DNA from: an uncultured Fidelibacterota bacterium
Lineage (GTDB): Bacteria > Fidelibacterota > Marinisomatia > Marinisomatales > Marinisomataceae
Direction: 5' to 3'
Length of the DNA stretch: 64,000 bases
Assembly (NCBI GenBank): GCA_902578385.1
Contig: CACHCR010000002.1
Span: forward strand, 65,873-129,872
The translations under genes were made by a program, and so were the position numbers. Under the pieces are notes generated by a model. That model made no database searches. It had not been told where the DNA came from and saw only the letters and a list, made by a program, of their open reading frames with translations. The number at the start of each line of letters is the position of its first letter. The first letter of the stretch is position 1. This document shows positions 23,694-32,936 of the stretch, one piece after another.

Positions 23694-24634
23694 TGAGTGT
23701 AAGACACTGTATAAAAGTTGATGACTTTAGTTCGAATGAAATTTTAGACTTATTTCAACTTGCATCAGAATTAAAATCAAAATATCGCAGTAAAGAAAGT
23801 TATCAACCTTTTAAAGATAGATCCATGGCAATGATTTTTGCTAAACCATCTGCAAGAACTAGAGTTTCTTTTGAAACAGGTTTTGCTTGGATGGGTGGAC
23901 ATGCAATTTATTTGGCACCACAAGATATTGGTTTAGGTACTAGAGAAAGCGCTTCAGACTTAGCACAACTTTTTAGTAGATATAATGATATGATTATGGC
24001 AAGAGTTTTTAGCCATAGCGATATGCTCGAATTTGAAAAGCATGCAACTGTTCCTGTTATCAACGGATTAACTGATTATAATCATCCTTGCCAGATTCTT
24101 ACGGATATGTTTACAATTTGGGAACAGAAGAAAGATAGTTTTCAAGATTTAAAGATTGTTTATGTTGGCGATGGTAATAATATTGTTAATTCATGGATCA
24201 GGCTTGCTTCAATTTTACCTTTTGAGTTTACATGTGTTTGTCCTGAAGGATATGAGCCAGATAAAGACACAATATCTTATGCCAAATCTAAAAACTTATC
24301 TACAATCAATATTTCACATAATCCTGAAGATGGCGTGAAAGATGCAGATGTAATTTATACAGATGTATGGGCATCAATGGGTCAAAAAGAAGAGATTGAT
24401 GAAAGAATCAAAATATTTTCTCCTTTACAGGTTAATAAAGAATTGGTGAAGCATGCTAAAGATAATTATATGTTTATGCATTGTTTACCAGCAGAGAGAG
24501 GTAGAGAAGTTACAGATGAAGTAATTGATTCTTCTAATTCAGTAGTATTCGAGCAAGCAGAAAATAGATTGCATACTCAGAATGCTATTATGGTTACTCT
24601 TTCAGATAAATTATCGCCTTGGAATAGATTTTGA
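23693..24634 (+). CDS. argF: Ornithine carbamoyltransferase
   Basis: KPSARTRVSF, HPCQ, DVWASMG, HCLP, QAENR. Confidence 0.95.
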   Translation: MSVRHCIKVDDFSSNEILDLFQLASELKSKYRSKESYQPFKDRSMAMIFAKPSARTRVSFETGFAWMGGHAIYLAPQDIGLGTRESASDLAQLFSRYNDMIMARVFSHSDMLEFEKHATVPVINGLTDYNHPCQILTDMFTIWEQKKDSFQDLKIVYVGDGNNIVNSWIRLASILPFEFTCVCPEGYEPDKDTISYAKSKNLSTINISHNPEDGVKDADVIYTDVWASMGQKEEIDERIKIFSPLQVNKELVKHAKDNYMFMHCLPAERGREVTDEVIDSSNSVVFEQAENRLHTQNAIMVTLSDKLSPWNRF

Positions 24635-24888
24635 AGTGGATTGAAATAGTTGATAGAAAAGACGGTCATACTCTAAGAGTTATAAATCTTAGCTACGTAA
24701 CTAGCATTGATTTTGAGTTTGTACATCGTAAAAAACCAAAACTTTCTAAAGAAATTATTGTAACAATCTCTGATTGTAATAATGAAACTCAAAATTATTA
24801 TTTTGGACCTAATTCAAATCATATTTGGTCAAACGATAAATTAATTCAACATAAGTTGGATAAATGTCTTGAATTTCTTAATAAGTGA
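24631..24888 (+). CDS. Hypothetical small protein
   Basis: 85-aa ORF whose TTG start overlaps the argF stop; fills the gap up to convergent lpxH. Confidence 0.55.
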   Translation: MKWIEIVDRKDGHTLRVINLSYVTSIDFEFVHRKKPKLSKEIIVTISDCNNETQNYYFGPNSNHIWSNDKLIQHKLDKCLEFLNK

Positions 24889-24894
24889 ATTAAT

Positions 24895-25626
24895 CTATAA
24901 TCTTTTGACAGAAATAGATTCACCGTCATATTTAGCATAGTTAAAATCTTCTTCAGAACAATCATCAAGAATAATTAATTGCTTTTCGTTATCAATAAAA
25001 TTAAATGAATGATGGTAGTGACCCATAATAACTATATCGCATCCTTGATTCCATTTTGACTTTGCATAATTAATCAATTCTGCATGAATATTATCTAATT
25101 TTTCCTGGTTCACTATGTGAGAGTCTTTTCTTTCATATGAAATTTTCTTTGCAATGTTTAAAGCAAGCTTCTTTGGTAATAATGAGTAGAAAAACCTAAA
25201 AATTCTGCTTCTTAAAATTAATTTTAATATCCTATATCCTCTATCCCATGATAAGATGCCATCGCCATGAGTGACATATATTTTCTTTTGACCAATAGAT
25301 AAAGTTTGATCAGTTAAGAATGTTTGATTTGTTAGAGAGCGAAACTGACTTCCAATCCAATAATCATGATTACCTGCAATAAAATAAATTTCAATTCCTT
25401 TATCTCTAATTTGTTTAAGTACTAAAAAAACTTCTTCAAAATAATTGGGATTATTTTTTTTGTATTCAAAGTAATAATCAAAAAAATCACCCATAATAAA
25501 TACGCTTCCACTGTTATATTCGATTGAATCTAAAAATTCCTTCATTTTTTTTATTTTTTTTTCATTTGATGGTGAGGAAACAGGAGAGAAATGATTATCT
25601 CCAAAAAAATAGATTGGTAATTGCAT
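24895..25626 (-). CDS. lpxH: UDP-2,3-diacylglucosamine hydrolase (LpxH-like metallophosphoesterase)
   Basis: GDNH, GDFFD, GNHD, HGD, GHYH motifs. Confidence 0.82.
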   Translation of the reverse strand: MQLPIYFFGDNHFSPVSSPSNEKKIKKMKEFLDSIEYNSGSVFIMGDFFDYYFEYKKNNPNYFEEVFLVLKQIRDKGIEIYFIAGNHDYWIGSQFRSLTNQTFLTDQTLSIGQKKIYVTHGDGILSWDRGYRILKLILRSRIFRFFYSLLPKKLALNIAKKISYERKDSHIVNQEKLDNIHAELINYAKSKWNQGCDIVIMGHYHHSFNFIDNEKQLIILDDCSEEDFNYAKYDGESISVKRL

Positions 25627-25755
25627 TTAAAAACTTAATCTTTTATAAAAATTGCATCAATGAATTAATAATTTAAATTTTTTGTTTTAAATTATACTAT
25701 CTTTGACAATAAAAATTATTTGAAACATAATCAAATTTTTAACTTATATAACCAT

Positions 25756-28700
25756 ATGCGCATTGTACTAATTATACTATTATTTATTAATCAATTATTC
25801 TCTCAGAGTTTTGGACAAAATAAAGTTCAATATGATTCTTTTGATTGGGATTATATTGTTAGTCCTAATACAAATGTATACTATTACGGAGATAACTATG
25901 ATCTTGCTATCTTTACGTCAAAAGTAGCTGAAAAATCTATAGAGCAAATTGGTAAACACTTAAGATGGAGAAGTAGTACACCAATAAAGATAATAGTTTA
26001 TACCTCTCATAATGATTTCCAACAAACTAATGTTGTAAATGTATATATGTCTGAAGGTATTGGTGGTGTAACTGAATTGTACAAGAATAGAATTGTTATT
26101 CCTTTTGAAGGATCATATGAGCAATTTGAACACGTAATACATCACGAATTAGTTCACGCTGCTATTAACCAATTAGTTTATGGTGGAAATGCTCAAGGTT
26201 TGATTAGTGGAAGAATTAGAGTCCAAGTTCCTTTATGGGCAAATGAAGGTTTAGCTGAATACCTTTCAGTTGATTGGGATACAAATTCAGATATGGTATT
26301 AAGAGACTTAGCTATTGAAGATAATTTACCTTCAATTCCAGAGCTTAATTATTCAATATTAGCATATAAAGGCGGACAATCTGTTTGGCAATATATCACT
26401 CAAAAATATGGAAGAGAAAAAGTTGGAGAGATTTTTCAGGAAATGAAAAGAGCTCAGGATGATGAGCGTGGTTTTGAAAGTGCCCTAGGAGTAGATTATG
26501 AAAAATTAACTGAAGATTGGCAGGATTTTGTTAAAAGAGAGTACTGGCCTGACTTAGTTAATAGAGAGAATTTTGATGATTTTTCAACAAAAATTACCGA
26601 TAGATCTCAATCAAGAAATTTTTACAATGTTAGTCCAGCATTTTCACCTGATGGTAATACAATTGCATATTTTTCAGATCAAGATGGTTATATGGATTTA
26701 ATCCTTTATGAAGTGGATTCTGAAAAACAAAAACGAAGGCTAATTAGAGGTAATACCACCCCAGATTTTGAGGAGTTAAAATGGTTACAGCCAGGAATTT
26801 CATGGTCACCTGATGGAGAATCCATTTCTTTTGCTTCTAAAAGTGGAGAACAAGATTCAATTATCATTGTAGATGTTAAATCTGGAAAATATAAAAAAAT
26901 TCCAATTGATTTGGATGGTGTATTTACCACCTCATGGCATCCATCAAAAGAAATCATAGCCTTTATGGGTCATAAAGATGATTCAAGTGATATTTATGTT
27001 ATTGATCTTAACTCAAAAGAAGTTACTAATGTAACCAATGATATTTTTTCTGAATCATCACCAAGCTGGTCTTCAAATGGAGAAGTAATATATTTTACCT
27101 CAGACAGAGGGAATAGTTTGCAAGCTGAAAATATGTTTGAAATTGACTTTTCTCAAACTGATATTTTTCAGTATAGTTTTTTAACAAATAAAATTACCCA
27201 ATTAACAGATACTGAATTTAATGAAAACTATCCAGTTGCAAGTTTAGATGGCAATTTATTTTATACTTCGGACTACAATGGTATTACAAATATTTTTAAA
27301 CATAATCTCTCTAATAATGAATCCTATCCAATTACAAATGTTATTACAGGTGTTCAACAAATTGACTTAGATGGTAGTAATAATTTAGTTTTTTCAGGAT
27401 TTAAAGAAAGAGGGTGGGATTTATATTTAATGAATAATTTGGATATGGCTTCTGAAAAAGAAATTAAGCCCACAAAGTTTTTTGATAGCAAAGGAGAAAA
27501 TAATGATTTTGAAGATTTGAGATCATTTACTTCAACTAAAAAAACCACAATTCAGGAAGATTATTCTAAATATATTTTTGCAAGAAATTATCAATATAGA
27601 AACAGTAAAAAAGAAGTTAATGAAGAAGTTGAAGTTGATTCTTTACGATTTCAAGATGATTATATAGCGAGAAAATATCAAACTGATTTCTCTGTTGATT
27701 ATATAGCTACATCTGCAACAATTGATAATCTTTTTGGAACCAGAGGTGTCGCAAATTTATCATGGAGCGATGTCATGGGCGATCATCGTATAAATATAGG
27801 AACTAACCTCGTTTTAGATTTAAATAATAGCGATCTAGTTGTTCAATATGCGTATTTAAAAAATCGGACTAATTATTATACTACGCTTTTTCAGCAAGCA
27901 AACACTTTTGGTTTAGGCTATAATTTGACATATGATTTTATTGGACAATTAAGAGACTATGGAATAGGATTTTTTGGTCAATATCCTTTTTCTAAATTTA
28001 CTAGACTTGATTTTGGAGCCACAATTAGAAATGTTGATTATGAAATTAAGCAATTTGATATTTTTACTTATCAAACCACTACTAATTATAAAGAAAATTT
28101 AAAAGCAGTTGTCCCAATGACAAGTTTTGTTTTTGATAATTCTACAAATGGCTACACTGGACCTGTTGATGGATTCAAGCAGTATTTAACATTTCAATTT
28201 AGTCCAGACATAGGCACTAATTCTATCCCATTTCAAACTCTAAAGTTTGATATGAGAAAGTATTATAAAATTAGTAGAAATTATAGCTTAGCAGCTAGAT
28301 TGATGTTGGGTAAAAGTGTTGGAGACAAGCCTCAAAAATTCTTTTTGGGTGGAAATTCGCAAATGATGATTTTCTCAGATACGCAAACCGAAGGTAGAGA
28401 TGATTCAGGATTCTATGCGCAAAGGGTTTTGGATTATGATAATACAAGTATTCTAGAAGATGTATACTTTAGTGAATATGTTTTTCCGTTAAGAGGTGCT
28501 AGATATAGAGAAAGAGTTGGCGAGAATGTAGCAGTAGCTAATTTTGAATTTAGATTCCCATTTGTTAACTATGTTGATGTTAGTTTTCCCGCAAGAATAA
28601 GATTTGGTAATATTTTTGGTCATTTATTTGTAGATGTTGGTGCTGCATGGGATTCTTCTGATGAGTTTGATAATAGTGAATTAGTTAGAAATAAATATGG

Positions 28701-28863
28701 ACTTACAGATCCTAAGGCGTCTCCAATTTTAACTACTTTCGGTATTGGAACAAAAATTTTCACTCCTTTTGCTTTAATTAGAATTGATACTGCATGGGAC
28801 AAATACCCCAGTGGAGGATATTCTAAACCACAATATATTGTATCCTTTGGATATGATTGGTAA
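25756..28863 (+). CDS. Omp85/BamA-TamA-family protein with N-terminal gluzincin-like metallopeptidase and PD40/TolB-like beta-propeller
   Basis: Signal peptide, FGQNKVQY, HELVH..WANEGLAEY, SPAFSPDG/SWSPDG repeats, PLRG, FVDVGAAW, terminal GYDW. Confidence 0.8.
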   Translation: MRIVLIILLFINQLFSQSFGQNKVQYDSFDWDYIVSPNTNVYYYGDNYDLAIFTSKVAEKSIEQIGKHLRWRSSTPIKIIVYTSHNDFQQTNVVNVYMSEGIGGVTELYKNRIVIPFEGSYEQFEHVIHHELVHAAINQLVYGGNAQGLISGRIRVQVPLWANEGLAEYLSVDWDTNSDMVLRDLAIEDNLPSIPELNYSILAYKGGQSVWQYITQKYGREKVGEIFQEMKRAQDDERGFESALGVDYEKLTEDWQDFVKREYWPDLVNRENFDDFSTKITDRSQSRNFYNVSPAFSPDGNTIAYFSDQDGYMDLILYEVDSEKQKRRLIRGNTTPDFEELKWLQPGISWSPDGESISFASKSGEQDSIIIVDVKSGKYKKIPIDLDGVFTTSWHPSKEIIAFMGHKDDSSDIYVIDLNSKEVTNVTNDIFSESSPSWSSNGEVIYFTSDRGNSLQAENMFEIDFSQTDIFQYSFLTNKITQLTDTEFNENYPVASLDGNLFYTSDYNGITNIFKHNLSNNESYPITNVITGVQQIDLDGSNNLVFSGFKERGWDLYLMNNLDMASEKEIKPTKFFDSKGENNDFEDLRSFTSTKKTTIQEDYSKYIFARNYQYRNSKKEVNEEVEVDSLRFQDDYIARKYQTDFSVDYIATSATIDNLFGTRGVANLSWSDVMGDHRINIGTNLVLDLNNSDLVVQYAYLKNRTNYYTTLFQQANTFGLGYNLTYDFIGQLRDYGIGFFGQYPFSKFTRLDFGATIRNVDYEIKQFDIFTYQTTTNYKENLKAVVPMTSFVFDNSTNGYTGPVDGFKQYLTFQFSPDIGTNSIPFQTLKFDMRKYYKISRNYSLAARLMLGKSVGDKPQKFFLGGNSQMMIFSDTQTEGRDDSGFYAQRVLDYDNTSILEDVYFSEYVFPLRGARYRERVGENVAVANFEFRFPFVNYVDVSFPARIRFGNIFGHLFVDVGAAWDSSDEFDNSELVRNKYGLTDPKASPILTTFGIGTKIFTPFALIRIDTAWDKYPSGGYSKPQYIVSFGYDW

Positions 28864-28869
28864 AATGCT

Positions 28870-29991
28870 TTGAAATTTTCTGTTTTATCTGAAGATAATC
28901 ACTCTTTAGCAAGGACTGGTTTAATTGAAACTGAACATTCAAAAATTGAAACTCCTGTATTTATGCCAGTTGGTACCCATGGAGTAGTAAAGACATTATC
29001 ACCTGATGATTTAAATAATTTGAATGTGAATATAATGCTTTCAAATACATATCACCTTTATTTAAGACCTGGTACAGACATTATTCATAAAAATAATGGT
29101 CTTCATAAATTTTTAAATTGGAATAAAAGTATTTTAACAGATAGCGGTGGATATCAAGTATTTTCATTGAGCAATATGAATGAAATTGCTAATGATGGAG
29201 TAAAGTTTAGATCTCACTTAGATGGAAGTGAACATTTATTCACTCCTGAAAAATCAATGGAAGTTCAAAGACAATTAGGTTCTGATATTATTATGGCATT
29301 TGATTATTGTCCGCCAGCTGATTGTTCATCTAAGGAGTTAAAGAGGGCATCTTTTTTGACTGAAAAATGGACAAGAATAGCTTATGAGTATTTATCTGAT
29401 AAAAAAGGTATTTATGGACATGAACAAACACTTTTTCCAATTATTCAAGGAGGTATTAATCCAGACGAAAGAATAAAATGTCTTGAACAAATGCTTCCAT
29501 TTGCTGAGTGCGGCATCGCCATTGGAGGTCTTTCTGTTGGAGAAAAAAAAGAGCCAATGTTGGACATTGTTGAATTACTTGGAGGTAAAATGCCTAAAGA
29601 TCAACCGAGATACTTAATGGGTGTTGGTAAGCCAACAGATTTAGTTAAGTCAATTTTACGTGGTGTGGATATGTTTGATTGTGTTTTACCTGCTAGAAAT
29701 GCTAGGAACGGACAAATCTTTACACATGAAGGTGTTATTAATATTATGAATAGTAATTATAAAAATGATACTTCACCTATTGATAAATATAGTTCAATAG
29801 AATTTGCTCAGATTTTTTCAAAATCTTACTTAAGACATCTTTTTAAAGTTAATGAAATGTTTGGGCTAAGAATTGCAACCTTAACAAACATAGCATATTA
29901 CTTAGATTTAATTGATGAAATAAAAAATGAAATTAATAATAATACTTTTGTAAAATGGTCTGAAAAGTATTTAAAAAAATATGATAAATAA
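28870..29991 (+). CDS. tgt: tRNA-guanine transglycosylase
   Basis: TPVFMPVGT, NTYHL, DSGGYQ, GGLSVGE, DMFDCV. Confidence 0.96.
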   Translation: MKFSVLSEDNHSLARTGLIETEHSKIETPVFMPVGTHGVVKTLSPDDLNNLNVNIMLSNTYHLYLRPGTDIIHKNNGLHKFLNWNKSILTDSGGYQVFSLSNMNEIANDGVKFRSHLDGSEHLFTPEKSMEVQRQLGSDIIMAFDYCPPADCSSKELKRASFLTEKWTRIAYEYLSDKKGIYGHEQTLFPIIQGGINPDERIKCLEQMLPFAECGIAIGGLSVGEKKEPMLDIVELLGGKMPKDQPRYLMGVGKPTDLVKSILRGVDMFDCVLPARNARNGQIFTHEGVINIMNSNYKNDTSPIDKYSSIEFAQIFSKSYLRHLFKVNEMFGLRIATLTNIAYYLDLIDEIKNEINNNTFVKWSEKYLKKYDK

Positions 29992-29994
29992 ATT

Positions 29995-30450
29995 ATGCTC
30001 AAAGTAGGTCAAAAAGCTCCAGATTTTTCATTGCCTAATCAAGATGATATTAATATATCATTAAAAAATTATAAGGGAAGAAAAATTTTGATATGGTTTT
30101 TCACAAAAGCTAGTACAGGGGGCTGTACTAAGGAGGGGATTGGTTTTAATGATGAGATACTTAATTTTAAAAAAGAAAATATTTCTATTATTGGAATAAG
30201 CAAAGATTCAATCAAAGCTCAAAAGAATTTTTGCTTAAAAAATGATTTTAAATTTGATATTTTGTCTGATACAGAATTGACTGTGCTCAAGTCTTATAAA
30301 GCCTGGGGATTGAAAAAAATGTATGGAAGAGAATATGAAGGTATTCTGAGAATATCTTATTTAATTGATGAAAATGGCAATATTGAACAAGCTTATAGCA
30401 AAGTAAAAACACTAACACATGCAACCGATGTTCTTGAATCTCTCAAATAA
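29995..30450 (+). CDS. bcp: Peroxiredoxin BCP/PrxQ
   Basis: APDFSL, KASTGGCTKE, GISKD, K.MYG.EY.GI.R. Confidence 0.88.
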   Translation: MLKVGQKAPDFSLPNQDDINISLKNYKGRKILIWFFTKASTGGCTKEGIGFNDEILNFKKENISIIGISKDSIKAQKNFCLKNDFKFDILSDTELTVLKSYKAWGLKKMYGREYEGILRISYLIDENGNIEQAYSKVKTLTHATDVLESLK

Positions 30451-31471
30451 TAAAAATCTATTTATATTTTCATTAATATTATTTTCATGTGCATCTGTTA
30501 AAGCTCCTCAAGGTGGTCCTTTGGATTTAATTCCACCAATATTAGAATCAACTACTCCAAGTGTTTTAACAGGATTACAAAAAAATCAGAAAATTATTCT
30601 TTCATTTAATGAGTTTATAAAAGAAGAATCATTAAAAAATGCTATAGAAATTTTTCCAAGTGTTGATGAAAAAATTGATTATGAATATCAAGGTAAAAAT
30701 ATTGTGATTACTCTTCCTTCAAGTTTAGATAAAAATAAAACATACGTATTGTCATTAAACTCTAATTTTTCAGACGAACAAAATGTTAGATTAAAAAATA
30801 ATATTATTATTCCTTTAAGCTTGTCTAATTCAATAGATAGCGGAAAAATAAGCGGAAAAATATTTGGATCATTCAAACAGCCTTCGATATTATTATGGAA
30901 AGATAAAATTGATAAAGATGTAATGATAAATCAAAAACCTGACTATATATTATCTTCATCAAATAGTTTTAATTTTGACTATTTGCCGGAAGGAGCCTAT
31001 TCAGTATTAGCTGTTGATTTATATAATAGAAGGTTGCCGCTTAATGAAAATAAAATATCATTCTATAATCAAAAATTTATTGAAGTTGGAAATAATAGCT
31101 TAAACATTAATTTCTATTTTAATAATATTTCAGTTTCAGATTCTTTAAATATTGAAAAAGATAGCATTGAAAAGACTGCAAGTTTATTTGGAAATTTAAA
31201 AGGAAATTTTATTTTACCGATCATTATAGAACTAAATGGCAAGGAAGATAGTTTTGAATCTGAGTTATCTATGAATGGTTCTTTTAGAATTGATGATGTT
31301 GAAAGTGGAAAATATCAATTGCTAGGTTATTTTGATAGAAATAATAATAAAATGCTTGATACTGGTGCTTTTGATAATGAAAATTTATCAGAGAAATTTT
31401 TTGTATATCCTGATTCATTATCATTAAGGTCAAATTGGGAGTTAGAAATTCAAGATTGGGAAATTGAATAA
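30428..31471 (+). CDS. Lipoprotein with Ig-like (Big_5) domain
   Basis: LFSCA...PQGGP.D..PP lipoprotein start, FNE motif, DRNNN Ca-binding-like loop. Confidence 0.7.
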   Translation: MFLNLSNNKNLFIFSLILFSCASVKAPQGGPLDLIPPILESTTPSVLTGLQKNQKIILSFNEFIKEESLKNAIEIFPSVDEKIDYEYQGKNIVITLPSSLDKNKTYVLSLNSNFSDEQNVRLKNNIIIPLSLSNSIDSGKISGKIFGSFKQPSILLWKDKIDKDVMINQKPDYILSSSNSFNFDYLPEGAYSVLAVDLYNRRLPLNENKISFYNQKFIEVGNNSLNINFYFNNISVSDSLNIEKDSIEKTASLFGNLKGNFILPIIIELNGKEDSFESELSMNGSFRIDDVESGKYQLLGYFDRNNNKMLDTGAFDNENLSEKFFVYPDSLSLRSNWELEIQDWEIE

Positions 31472-31881
31472 TGAAAAAAGAAGTAATTGTAGCAGTAAGT
31501 GGGTATTTTGATCCAATTCATGTTGGTCACCTTGAGTATTTAAAATTAGCAAAAAATCTTGGAAACAAATTAATTGTTATTATTAATAATAATCTTCAAG
31601 CTGAGCTAAAAAAAGGTGAATTTTTTATGCATGAAAAAGATAGAATGGAAATTGTTGCTGCACTTCGGTTTGTAGATGAGGTATTTTTAAGTGTTGATAC
31701 TGATGGTAGTGTTTGTAAGAGCTTAGAGATTATTAAACCTGATATTTTTGCTAATGGAGGGGATAGATCTTTAGATGAAATTCCAGAAACCGCAGTAATG
31801 AAAAAATATAATATTAAAATGGTTGATGGATTGGGAAGTAAAATAAGAAGTAGTAGTGACCTTACTGGAATCGGAAAATGA
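31471..31881 (+). CDS. Cytidylyltransferase-family nucleotidyltransferase (TagD/RibL-like)
   Basis: SGYFDPIHVGH (HxGH), NGGDR, IPE, SSS. Confidence 0.85.
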   Translation: MKKEVIVAVSGYFDPIHVGHLEYLKLAKNLGNKLIVIINNNLQAELKKGEFFMHEKDRMEIVAALRFVDEVFLSVDTDGSVCKSLEIIKPDIFANGGDRSLDEIPETAVMKKYNIKMVDGLGSKIRSSSDLTGIGK

Positions 31882-32162
31882 AAAGAAAACCAAGTAAAAA
31901 GAAACTTCAATTATTAGAAGATTTTTTAGAGTTAGGTGAAAAGTGTAATATTAAAATTATTCATGACAAGGGTGATTTTAACGGAGATAACTGTTTACTT
32001 TTTTCAAATGATACAATAGTAATTAATAAGCATAAACCACTTGAGCAAAGATTATATGTTTTAGCAAAGTGTTTTAGTCAAATTAACCTTGAGAATGTTT
32101 ATATTAAGCCATTATTAAGAGATTTAATAAATCAAGCAAAAACAGATAAAGTATATGACTGA
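31878..32162 (+). CDS. Small hypothetical protein (degenerate ImmA/IrrE-like N-terminal pattern)
   Basis: Translationally coupled on both sides; IVINK.....QRLYVLA pattern. Confidence 0.6.
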   Translation: MKRKPSKKKLQLLEDFLELGEKCNIKIIHDKGDFNGDNCLLFSNDTIVINKHKPLEQRLYVLAKCFSQINLENVYIKPLLRDLINQAKTDKVYD

Positions 32163-32652
32163 TCAAAAACATTTATGGGCTCCATGGAAAATGGATTACC
32201 TGAAAAATAAAAAACAGGATTCTCAAAAGATTTTTTCTGATTTTGCTAATGAAGAAAATGACAAAAAGAACCTTATTTTGCATCGTGCAAAATATTGTTA
32301 CGTAATTATGAATTATTACCCATATAACAATGGACATTTAATGGTTATTCCATTTAATGAAGTTGATAAATTTGAAGATTTAGAAGATAATGTTTTATCT
32401 GAGGTAATTACATTGTCAAAAAAAGTAATGAAAATTTTAAGAACTAACTTTAATTGTGATGGATTTAATTTCGGGGCAAATATAGGTGAAGGTTCTGGCG
32501 CTTCAATAGAATCTCATCTACATTTTCATATAGTCCCGAGATGGAAATCAGATACATCTTTTATGCCAGTTATTGGAAATACAAAAGTTATGCCACAAAC
32601 CTTAGAAGATACTTTTGAACAACTATTAAAATTATTTAAGGAAGAATTGTAA
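32155..32652 (+). CDS. HIT-family protein (Ap4A phosphorylase/FHIT-like)
   Basis: LWAPW, NYYPYNNGH, HLHFHIVPRW. Confidence 0.9.
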   Translation: MTDQKHLWAPWKMDYLKNKKQDSQKIFSDFANEENDKKNLILHRAKYCYVIMNYYPYNNGHLMVIPFNEVDKFEDLEDNVLSEVITLSKKVMKILRTNFNCDGFNFGANIGEGSGASIESHLHFHIVPRWKSDTSFMPVIGNTKVMPQTLEDTFEQLLKLFKEEL

Positions 32653-32936
32653 TGGATTTATTTTCACATTCATGGCTTCCATTCATATATCAGTATGGAT
32701 TCGGTATACTTATTTTTGGTGGAGGTCTTTTTGCTATATTTAAAGCATATGGCGGAAAAGAATTTTGGAATCAATATAAAATATGGATTCAAATTTTGAT
32801 ATGGGGATTCATTTATGTTACATCAATTCATTTACTGATGACTATCTCAGCGCTAAATGATTATCCTCAACTTTATATAGTTATTTTATCCTTATACATA
32901 TTTAATGTGTTTTTATTAACTAAGAAGATCACATGA
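32652..32936 (+). CDS. Small membrane protein (about 3 TM) coupled to the SSS transporter
   Basis: Hydrophobic 94-aa ORF; stop overlaps the symporter ATG. Confidence 0.7.
   Translation: MDLFSHSWLPFIYQYGFGILIFGGGLFAIFKAYGGKEFWNQYKIWIQILIWGFIYVTSIHLLMTISALNDYPQLYIVILSLYIFNVFLLTKKIT

Noticed and set aside
29995-30450. Selenocysteine or TGA recoding (bcp active site; alternative genetic code in an AT-rich genome)
   Set aside because: The peroxidatic codon is TGT, Trp is TGG, and TGA terminates genes at expected lengths
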